64,000 bases of DNA from Reyranella sp. (GTDB lineage: Bacteria > Pseudomonadota > Alphaproteobacteria > Reyranellales > Reyranellaceae): positions 826 to 64,825 of the forward strand of contig JAUXWB010000245.1 in NCBI GenBank assembly GCA_030684475.1, given 5' to 3'. The notes under the pieces are model-generated. The model worked only from the letters and a program-made list of their open reading frames with translations. It did not search any database and was not told the origin of the DNA. Made by a program: the position numbers and the translations under genes. Below are positions 32,185-42,154 of the stretch, in pieces (the stretch's first letter is position 1; each line of letters starts with the position of its first letter).

Positions 32185-32994
32185 CGATCGCCTCGTCGTC
32201 GGCACCAAGATAGGCACGAATCACGGCGGGATCGCGCTGAACCTCAGCCGGCGCACCCTCGGCGATTTTGCAGCCGTAGTCGAGCACGACGACGTGGTCG
32301 GAAATGTTCATGACCACGCTCATGTCGTGCTCGATCAGGAGCACGCCCACGCCGTCGCGATCGCGGATCGAGACCAGCAGCCGGTTGAGCTCCGCCGATT
32401 CATGCGGATTGAGGCCGGCGGCCGGTTCGTCGAGGCAAAGTAGGCGCGGCTCGGTGCACATGGCGCGAGCGATCTCCAGCCGTCGCTGCGCCCCGTAAGG
32501 TAATTCTCCTGCGGGCCGGTCGGCATCGTCGATGAGCGCGATGCGCTCGAGCCACTCCCGGGCCAGTTCGACGCCCTTTTCCTCGGCATTCCGATAGCGA
32601 CGAAGCCCGAACAGACCGAACACGCTCCAGCCGGAAGCGCGCATCAACTTATTGTGCTGCGCCACCATCAGGTTCTCCAGCACCGTCATGCCGGGAAACA
32701 GGCGGATGTTCTGGAATGTGCGCGCGACCTTCGCCCGCTGCCCGACCTCATGGCCGAGCATGCGTTCCAGCAGGTACTCGCGGTCACCGCCACGCAGGGT
32801 GAGGCGCCCGACCGTCGGCTTGTAGAAGCCGGTGATGCAGTTGAAAACGGTCGTCTTGCCGGCACCGTTGGGACCGATGATGGCGGTGATCTCCCGCGGC
32901 TGGGCCGCGAAGGAAACATCGTCGACGGCCACCAGACCACCGAAGCGCATGGTGAGATGCTCGACGTCGATGAGGGCCGGTCCTTCGCCAGCGC

Positions 32995-32998
<4 letters not shown>
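32177..32998 (-). CDS. livG: Branched-chain amino acid ABC ATPase LivG
   Basis: GPNGAGKTT, RTFQNIRLF, LPYGAQRRLEIARA. Confidence 0.93.
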
Positions 32999-34416
<1,418 letters not shown>

Positions 34417-34420
34417 GGAC

Positions 34421-35335
<915 letters not shown>

Positions 35336-35429
35336 ACCCTTGCTTTCCCCCTGCCCTGCGACCTACGACGGTTCCAACGGGACCTGCAAGCGAATGTACC
35401 GGTCTTCCGGGGAGAATTGGAATGGACGA

Positions 35430-35458
35430 TCTCAAAATGATCCCTCTCAAAATGATCC
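35430..35458. repeat. Tandem 14-bp direct repeat upstream of livH
   Basis: TCTCAAAATGATCC at 35430-35443 and 35445-35458. Confidence 0.75.
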
Positions 35459-35515
35459 ACGAGCAAATCGCGGACCACATCGCCGTCGTCGCCATGGACT
35501 ACGGGAAGAGAGTCC

Positions 35516-36121
35516 TCAAGGAGCGCTGATCGCGACCGGCCGGCGGTTGCGGCGGAACATGGCGATCAGCCGCACCATGGCCGCGGCAAGCACTAGGGCG
35601 GCGAGCGGCCAGTAGAAGCGGTCGAGCGGCACCCGCTTGCCGACGGCGACGGCAAAGCTGATCCAGATGTACCAGCTGCCGACCAGGTGTAGCAGCCGCC
35701 ACTTGCGCGGGCCGAGCCATGCCGCCGTACGGTCGAACGACGTCGCCGCCATCGCGGCGATGAAGAGATAGGCCGTGCCGGCCAGCACGATCGTGCCGAC
35801 GTTGGTCAACTTCCAGAACAGCGACCGGTCGACCACGGCGAGCGCCACGATCGCGCCGAGATGGATGAAATGCGAAACGGCGAAGGAGACGCCGAGATAA
35901 CGCCGGTTGCGGCGCGGCCAGTGCGTCGCCGCACTGGGAATGAGCTCCGCCAGGGCGCTCGCGGTGAAGGCCATGACGAAGAGCACCAGCGAGGTGCGGG
36001 CAGTGGCGCGGATCGCAACGCGGATGCCCTCAATATCGCCACCGTGGCTGACGACAAGCCATCCCGTCATCGTCCCCAGCAGGAGCGAAAGCACGCCGAC
36101 CAATCGCCATCCGTTGGTCAT
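35516..36121 (-). CDS. Ferric-reductase-like transmembrane (MsrQ-like) protein
   Basis: RRNRRYLG...SHFIH and WRLLH motifs; about 6 TM segments. Confidence 0.7.
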   Translation of the reverse strand: MTNGWRLVGVLSLLLGTMTGWLVVSHGGDIEGIRVAIRATARTSLVLFVMAFTASALAELIPSAATHWPRRNRRYLGVSFAVSHFIHLGAIVALAVVDRSLFWKLTNVGTIVLAGTAYLFIAAMAATSFDRTAAWLGPRKWRLLHLVGSWYIWISFAVAVGKRVPLDRFYWPLAALVLAAAMVRLIAMFRRNRRPVAISAP

Positions 36122-36735
36122 CGCGCGCTCCTCAGCCTGGCTGTCCTCTGCAGGCGCCGGTGCAGGTCGAAGACGTGCCACGACAACAGACCGAGCAAGG
36201 CGATCTCTCCGGCGGCGGTCAGCAGCACATGCAGCGGCGCGCCATCGGTGAACCCGCCGGCACGCGCGATGCCTGCCGCGATCGACGCCGCGAGACCGCC
36301 GAGACAAATAGCCAGCGGCGCCAGCGAGCAGCGGCAAGCGAACCAGCCGACGACGCCGACCGCAAGTGCCGCAATGAAGGCGTAGCGGTCGATCAGCGGC
36401 GCCAGCGCCGACATCGAGGCCCCGAGATCATCGAGCCACAGGACGCGGAGCCGCATCGCGACGAAGGTAACGGCGACCGTTGCTGCCAGCATCATCCAGG
36501 TACGTCTGGTCTGCCGGTCGATGGCATCGGCCGCGAACTGCACGGCAATCTCACGGGCAAGACCAAAGCGGGCGACGGCGCGTTGCTGGGCCTCTGGTGA
36601 CGGTCCCGCCGGATCGGCCTCGGCCGCGTCCCAGAGATGCGCCTCCACTTCGTCCACGAGGCGGCGCGCAAGCGGCGGATCGAAGTCGAGGTCGCGCCGC
36701 AAGGCGGCGACGTAGTCGTCGATTACGCCGGCCAT
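36118..36735 (-). CDS. Permease-prefix/HAAS-domain membrane protein (PadR partner)
   Basis: IDDYVAALRRDL...EVEAHL...AVARFG followed by TM helices. Confidence 0.75.
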   Translation of the reverse strand: MAGVIDDYVAALRRDLDFDPPLARRLVDEVEAHLWDAAEADPAGPSPEAQQRAVARFGLAREIAVQFAADAIDRQTRRTWMMLAATVAVTFVAMRLRVLWLDDLGASMSALAPLIDRYAFIAALAVGVVGWFACRCSLAPLAICLGGLAASIAAGIARAGGFTDGAPLHVLLTAAGEIALLGLLSWHVFDLHRRLQRTARLRSAR

Positions 36736-37049
36736 GCGCGGCTTCCCCGAAGCAGCGTCTCGACGGCCTGCGAGAAGCGGCCCCACGCCTTGCGACGACG
36801 GGCGAGGGCCGCCGATCCCGCCTTGGTCAACGAATACAGACGGCGACGACGCCCGCCCGGTGGAGTCATCCAGGCGCTGGAAAGCAGGCCGGCCTCTTCA
36901 AGGCGGTGCAACGCCGGGTAGACCGTGCCCTCTGGCAGGTCAAACGTGCTGGCGCTGCCACGCTTGATGGACTCGATAATCGCGTAGCCATGCGCCGGCC
37001 CCGCCTCCAAAGCGGCGAGAACGATGGCATCGAGGTGCCCTTTGAGCAT
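36723..37049 (-). CDS. PadR family transcriptional regulator
   Basis: LKGHLD, HGYAI, EGTVYPALHRLE, RRLYSLT. Confidence 0.92.
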   Translation of the reverse strand: MLKGHLDAIVLAALEAGPAHGYAIIESIKRGSASTFDLPEGTVYPALHRLEEAGLLSSAWMTPPGGRRRRLYSLTKAGSAALARRRKAWGRFSQAVETLLRGSRAWPA

Positions 37050-37058
37050 TTCGGCTTT

Positions 37059-37081
37059 TATACCTAGAAATGCTAGGTATA
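37059..37081. promoter_or_regulatory. 9-5-9 inverted repeat, probable PadR operator in the divergent promoter
   Basis: TATACCTAG-AAATG-CTAGGTATA, about 10 bp upstream of the padR start. Confidence 0.65.
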
Positions 37082-37139
37082 CAGGCTCTCCGAGTCAAGC
37101 CTCTTGCACTTCCCGCCCCGAATCCCGATTAGTGCCGCC

Positions 37140-38015
37140 ATGGATGCACCCTCTTACGACGTCATCATCATCGGTGCCGGCCCGGCAGGTCTCACCGCCG
37201 CAACCGCAACCGCCCGAGCCGGCTTGAAGTGCCTGTGCCTGGATAAGCTCGCGCCCGGCGGCGTGCTGATCAATCTGGGCGAACTGCACGACTTCGACGA
37301 AATCTTCAGCGGCACCCAGATGGCTTCGTTGCTGACCGACGACGCCGTCGTCGCCGGCGTGGAGATCGGCTTCGGCGAAGTCGTCAAAGTTTCCGGCGAT
37401 GGCCCATGGACTGTGGAGACCGCAGAGGGTGAGCGCCACACCGGCCGTGCCGTCGTGATCGCAACCGGCATCAACAAGGGCCGACTAGGCGTTCCCGACG
37501 AGGACCAGTTCGAAGGACGCGGCCTCTCGCATTGCGCGGCCTGCGACGGACCGCTCTATACCGGCCTGCCGATCATCGTGGCCGGCGCCGATGGATGGGC
37601 CGCCTTCGAGGCCAAGGAACTGACCGGACTCGCCAGCAAGGTAACCGTCGTCGGCGCGCCGCCGGCCCAGGAGCCCGAGGGCATCACCTTCATCGACGGC
37701 CGTATCGTCGGGCTGGAAGGCAATGACGGACTGCAGTCCGCCGTCATCGAGTCCGGGGCGGTGCGAAACACCATTCCGGCCAGCGCGGTGTTCGTATACG
37801 TCGGCCAGTCTCCCGCTGCGGAATTCCTGCCGGAATCGCTTGCACGCGACGCCACCGGGCATATCGTGATCGACATGGAAGGCCGCACTTCGGTGCCGAC
37901 GATCTTTGCCGCAGGCGATGTGCGGGCCGGTGGGCGCCAGTATCTGTCGGATGCCATCGCCGACGGCCAGCGCGCCGCCAAGGCCGTTGTCGCGGCCTTG
38001 ACCAAAACGAATTGA
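37140..38015 (+). CDS. Thioredoxin-reductase-like FAD-dependent disulfide oxidoreductase with an atypical NADPH domain
   Basis: IIGAGPAG, VIATG, GLSHCAACDG redox CxxC, TSVPTIFAAGDV. Confidence 0.88.
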   Translation: MDAPSYDVIIIGAGPAGLTAATATARAGLKCLCLDKLAPGGVLINLGELHDFDEIFSGTQMASLLTDDAVVAGVEIGFGEVVKVSGDGPWTVETAEGERHTGRAVVIATGINKGRLGVPDEDQFEGRGLSHCAACDGPLYTGLPIIVAGADGWAAFEAKELTGLASKVTVVGAPPAQEPEGITFIDGRIVGLEGNDGLQSAVIESGAVRNTIPASAVFVYVGQSPAAEFLPESLARDATGHIVIDMEGRTSVPTIFAAGDVRAGGRQYLSDAIADGQRAAKAVVAALTKTN

Positions 38016-38027
38016 AGAGGAGTGACC

Positions 38028-38546
38028 ATGCGCATCGTCAACCCGACCTTCGGACTAGCTGCCGCCAGCGGCGACAAGGTGGCACTGAAGCCGATCAACT
38101 GGGCTACCGACGCCATCGCTTTGATGTCCAATTCCAAGCCCAACGCGCGTGAACTGCTGGATGGCATCCGGGCGAAGCTCGGTGCATCCCGAACGGTCGA
38201 CAACATCGACTTCCACTACAAGAACAGTGCCAGCCAGCCCGCGCCCAAGGACCTGATCGAAAAGGTCGCGGCAAACTACCGGGGTGCATTGCTCGCCATA
38301 GCGGATTGAGGAAGCTGTTCATCGTGGAGTTTCCACGACAGCATTGAGTTGGAGAAGCGGGGCATCACGGCATACGTGATCGCCACGGAGACTTTCAAGC
38401 CGCTGGTCCTGGCCCAGGCGAAAGCCCGCAAGGTCGAACCCCGGCTGATCGTGGTGAAGCATCCGATCGGCGGCCTGAACGCCGAGGAGCTGCGCGAGCG
38501 CATCGAGGCGGCAACCCGCGGACTGACCGAGGCGACGACGAAATGA
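38028..38546 (+). CDS. UGSC-family selenoprotein (172 aa; in-frame TGA 38307-38309 read as Sec94)
   Basis: ORFs 38022-38309 and 38349-38546 share a frame. Read-through gives AIAD-U-GSCSSWSFHDSIELEKRGI. AGAGGAG SD before ATG 38028, a SECIS-like hairpin after the TGA, and an ATGA overlap with the next gene. Confidence 0.85.
38314..38342 (+). promoter_or_regulatory. Putative bacterial SECIS element
   Basis: GCTG(TTCA)TCGTGGA-GTT-TCCACGA-CAGC. The apical loop starts with G, 19 nt after the UGA. Confidence 0.72.
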
Positions 38547-39580
38547 AGGACATCGCCGAACAGGAAGTGATCGACATCGGAGATATGGATGTCGAAGCGT
38601 TCAACGAGTTCGCCGCCGATCAGGGCTGGAGCGACGGCATGCCGCTCTACGTGCCCACCGAGGAAAAGGTGGCGAAGTTCGTCGACCGGGTGCGCGGCGA
38701 CAACCGCCCCTTCCCGCCCGTGCCGCCGCGCCAGGTCGTGCCGACGCTGCAGAGCCTGGCGGCCAACGCCGTGATGGCGGGCTGCAAGCCCGAGTATTTT
38801 CCCGTCGTGACGGCAGCCATGCGCGGCGTGCTCGACCCCGACTACAACCTGCACGGTACGCTCGCCACGACACATTCCTGCGCGCCGATGGTCATGATCA
38901 GCGGTCCCGCCCGCATGGAACTCGGCGTCAACTGCGGTTCCAACTGCTTCGGCCAAGGCTGGCGCGCCAACGCCACGATCGGCCGGGCGCTTGGGCTGAT
39001 GCTGCTCAACGTCGCCGGCGCCAAGCCGGGCGAGATGGACCGCTCGACCCAGGGAAATCCCGCCAAGTTCACCTTCTGCTTCGGCGAGAACGAAGAGGAG
39101 AATCCCTGGACGCCGTACCACGTACAGCGCGGCTTCTCAGTCACCGACAGCGTGGTCACGGTGATGTCGGGCGAAGGCCCGCACAATCTCAACGACCACG
39201 GCAGCACCACCGGCGATGGCCTGCTGACGACCTTCGCCGGCGGCATGGCCACACCGGGCGCCAACACGATCTACGGCAAGGGCCCGCTGTTCGTGATCAT
39301 CGGGCCTGAGCACGCCGCAACGCTCAAGCGTGACGGCTACACGATCGAGAGCATCCGCGAGGAACTCTGGAAGCGCTCGCGCGTGCACGTCTCGCGGGTC
39401 TCGAAGGAGAATCTGGAAACCTACTCCAGCACCGGCCATAAACCGGACGGCGACTGGTTGACCATCGGCCGCGATTCGAGCGACATCCACATCACCGTGG
39501 CCGGCGGCCCGGGCAAGCACTCGGCCTTCATCCCCTCGTTCGGCGGTACCACGGTCGCCTGCGTGCGCATCGCCCCATGA
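38543..39580 (+). CDS. Uncharacterised UGSC-associated protein, paralog A
   Basis: DGMPLYVPT, NAVMAGC, NCFGQGWRANATIGRAL, KFTFCFGENEE; translationally coupled to the selenoprotein gene. Confidence 0.85.
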   Translation: MKDIAEQEVIDIGDMDVEAFNEFAADQGWSDGMPLYVPTEEKVAKFVDRVRGDNRPFPPVPPRQVVPTLQSLAANAVMAGCKPEYFPVVTAAMRGVLDPDYNLHGTLATTHSCAPMVMISGPARMELGVNCGSNCFGQGWRANATIGRALGLMLLNVAGAKPGEMDRSTQGNPAKFTFCFGENEEENPWTPYHVQRGFSVTDSVVTVMSGEGPHNLNDHGSTTGDGLLTTFAGGMATPGANTIYGKGPLFVIIGPEHAATLKRDGYTIESIREELWKRSRVHVSRVSKENLETYSSTGHKPDGDWLTIGRDSSDIHITVAGGPGKHSAFIPSFGGTTVACVRIAP

Positions 39581-40548
39581 GCGAGTGGTGCGGCTGGCCG
39601 GTCGTCGAGGGGTCGACCGGTTGGGAGAACGCCCAGCAGGTCATGACCGATGCCGAATTGAGCGACGGCCTGCCGCTGGTGCCGCCGACGCGCAAGCGTC
39701 TCGACGCGATGGTCGCGGGTATCGCCAACCGCGGCGAGTCGCGTGGCGTCCTGCCGCCAATGTTCGGCGAGCTGACGCCTGAAGCCGTCGCCTACCAATG
39801 TGTCATCGCAGGCGCATCGCCGGCCGAACTGCCGGTGGTGCTGGCAGCCGCCGAGGCGATCCTCGAACCCGACTTCAACATCCTGGGCATCGCCACCACG
39901 ACCGGCACGGCTTGCGTGGCGCTCTGCGTGCACGGGCAGATCGCGCGCAAGCTCGGCGTCAATGCCGGCACCAACTGCCTCGGTCCCGGCAACCGCGCCA
40001 ACGCCAGTATCGGCCGCGCGCTGCAGCTCGTCATCCGCAACATCGGCGGTGCGCGCTCCGACACCGGCGACATGGCGACCATGGGCCAGCCCGGCAAGTA
40101 CAGTTTCTGCTTCGCCGAACGGAACGACGGGCCCTTCCCGACTTTGACTTCACGACGCGGCCTCGGCGACGACACCAGCGCCATCACGGTTATGGGCGTG
40201 TCCGGCACCGCCGAGGTGCTGCCGGGCGATGGCGAAGGCGCCACGCCCGAAGCCATCCTCTCGCCCATCGTCACGGCCATGAAGGCCGCCATCGTGATGT
40301 CAGGCTTGGGCCGCAAGAACGAACGGGAAGAGCAGGTTTTCCTGCTACCGCTGGAGATGGCTGGCAAAATCGTATGCCATGACGGCTGGGACCTCGCCCG
40401 CGTGCAGCGCCATGTGTTCGAACAGGGCGAAGGCGTCGCGCGCGCGCCCGACGCCATCCATCCCCTCGTGACCGGCGGAGCCGGTTACAAGATGACGTAC
40501 CTGCCGATCTGGGGCGGCGGCTCGCAGACGGTGACGCGGGCGCTGTAG
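39577..40548 (+). CDS. Uncharacterised UGSC-associated protein, paralog B
   Basis: DGLPLVPPT, NCLGPGNRANASIGRAL, KYSFCFAE; ATGA overlap with paralog A. Confidence 0.85.
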   Translation: MSEWCGWPVVEGSTGWENAQQVMTDAELSDGLPLVPPTRKRLDAMVAGIANRGESRGVLPPMFGELTPEAVAYQCVIAGASPAELPVVLAAAEAILEPDFNILGIATTTGTACVALCVHGQIARKLGVNAGTNCLGPGNRANASIGRALQLVIRNIGGARSDTGDMATMGQPGKYSFCFAERNDGPFPTLTSRRGLGDDTSAITVMGVSGTAEVLPGDGEGATPEAILSPIVTAMKAAIVMSGLGRKNEREEQVFLLPLEMAGKIVCHDGWDLARVQRHVFEQGEGVARAPDAIHPLVTGGAGYKMTYLPIWGGGSQTVTRAL

Positions 40549-40555
40549 TTTCGCC

Positions 40556-40750
40556 TCAGCCGTCCGAGAGCCGGGCTCTGAGTTTGGCGGTCATGATCAC
40601 CCGCCGTTTCGCCTTCCGCCCAAGCAGCGCCTGTTCGACGGCATTGGCGTTTGTCTCCGTGGGCCGTCTTTGCGCCAAAGCGCGCTCGACAACGAGCGGG
40701 TTCGTCCGCTGTTGTCGCCACAGCGGCATAGTTCTCCGGTGTCCGAACAT
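40556..40750 (-). CDS. Small basic hypothetical protein (64 aa)
   Basis: AAGGAGG SD 5 nt before ATG 40750; fills an otherwise empty intergenic gap. Confidence 0.5.
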   Translation of the reverse strand: MFGHRRTMPLWRQQRTNPLVVERALAQRRPTETNANAVEQALLGRKAKRRVIMTAKLRARLSDG

Positions 40751-40848
40751 CGGATCCTCCTTTGCGTCGTTCATTCAGTAAAGATGGGGATTCACCGGCG
40801 GTAACTGAAGGTCAAAAGTGAGAAAATTCGGGAGGAGAATCGCACTCC

Positions 40849-41685
40849 TCAGATCTTCCAACCGAGCCAGTCGCAGACACCGCGGCCCATCACACCTTCG
40901 AGGTCGGCGCCCTTCAGCCAGGGCATCTCCTCGGTGAACATCGTCACGCCCTGCCGATAGCTGCAGGGCAATCTCGACCAGTCCGTCCCCCAGAAGGTGC
41001 GTTCCGGCCCGAAGGCGTCGAAGACGCGCCGGATGCAGGGATGCACCGAGTGGAAGGGATAGGCCTTGTCGTCGGCGTAGCACGGCATGGCCGAAACCTT
41101 GGCGGCCACGTTCGGCCGGCTGGCCAGTGCCAATACCTTGTCGAGGGTGGCGAAATTCGACGCCTCGATGACATCCTTGCCGCTCTTGAGACCGAGATGG
41201 TCAAGCACCAGACGCAGGCCGGGATAGCGCTCCGCAACCTTGTCGGCGAGATGCATGTACTCGTGGTGAAACAGCACCATGGCCGGGATACCCGCCTTCT
41301 CCATCTCGCCCCACACCCAGTCGAAGCGGCTGTCGATCAGCGGCTGGCGCAGGATGTCGGTGTGAAAGGTGAAGCGCATGCCGAGCATGCCCGGCTGCTG
41401 CTTCCAGCCGGCAATCTTCTCGCGGGCTCCCGGTGCATCGGGATCGAAACGGCCCATGATGGCGAAGCGGTCCGGATGCGCGACGGCCGCTTCGAGGGCG
41501 ATGTCGTTACGATCACCTTCCCACGACGGCGGCACCAGGATCACGCGATCGACGCCCGCCCTGCCCATTTCGGCCAGCAGCTCGTCCTTGCCGAGCGGCG
41601 CACGGTGCGGCTCGGCCCGGGCCGGCCACGGCCGCTCCGGCGTGTCGGCGGCCCAGATATGAACCTGGGCACCGGCGACCAACAT
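40849..41685 (-). CDS. Amidohydrolase_2 family metal-dependent hydrolase
   Basis: AQVHIW, GVDRVILVPP, VLDHLG, FWGTDW. Confidence 0.88.
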   Translation of the reverse strand: MLVAGAQVHIWAADTPERPWPARAEPHRAPLGKDELLAEMGRAGVDRVILVPPSWEGDRNDIALEAAVAHPDRFAIMGRFDPDAPGAREKIAGWKQQPGMLGMRFTFHTDILRQPLIDSRFDWVWGEMEKAGIPAMVLFHHEYMHLADKVAERYPGLRLVLDHLGLKSGKDVIEASNFATLDKVLALASRPNVAAKVSAMPCYADDKAYPFHSVHPCIRRVFDAFGPERTFWGTDWSRLPCSYRQGVTMFTEEMPWLKGADLEGVMGRGVCDWLGWKI

Positions 41686-41704
41686 GCCTAATTCACTGGC
41701 CCGA

Positions 41705-42133
41705 CTATCGCCACTGCAGCACGCGGCGGGTCACGCCGGCCACGACCCACATGCCAAAGCCCCAGAACGCGTAGACCAGCGGCACGACGAACACGTTGGG
41801 CATGCGGAAGCCGCCACCGATGGGTGCGCCCTTGATCGGCAGCACGACGAACCAATTGACGAGGGTGACAAAGATACCGGCGAACAATATCCAACCCCAA
41901 GGGCCATCGACAGCCGATGGCAGGCGCGGCACGACATAGGCGCCGACAATCCCCCACAGGCCACCCCAGAAAGCTGACGAGATGATCGTCGGTACGCCGA
42001 GCGGCGGCACCGGCCGCATGTTGTAGAGTTGCACCTTGAGCAGGCCGAGCTCATTGGCGATCAAGAAGCCCAGTTGATGAAAGATCAGCACGCTGACGGC
42101 GCCGGCGATGAATCCCACGATGACGGTGCGCAT
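41705..42133 (-). CDS. Small four-TM hypothetical membrane protein
   Basis: Hydrophobic helices, FHQ and FWGGLWG; GGGGAGAGG SD. Confidence 0.75.
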   Translation of the reverse strand: MRTVIVGFIAGAVSVLIFHQLGFLIANELGLLKVQLYNMRPVPPLGVPTIISSAFWGGLWGIVGAYVVPRLPSAVDGPWGWILFAGIFVTLVNWFVVLPIKGAPIGGGFRMPNVFVVPLVYAFWGFGMWVVAGVTRRVLQWR

Positions 42134-42154
42134 AACCTCTCCCCCTGGATAGGC

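Noticed and set aside
38022-38546. Two separate small genes, or a nonsense pseudogene
   Set aside because: The shared frame, the UxxC motif at the TGA, the SECIS-like hairpin and the lack of an SD before the TTG at 38349 fit Sec recoding better. This is not formally excluded without finding selABCD.
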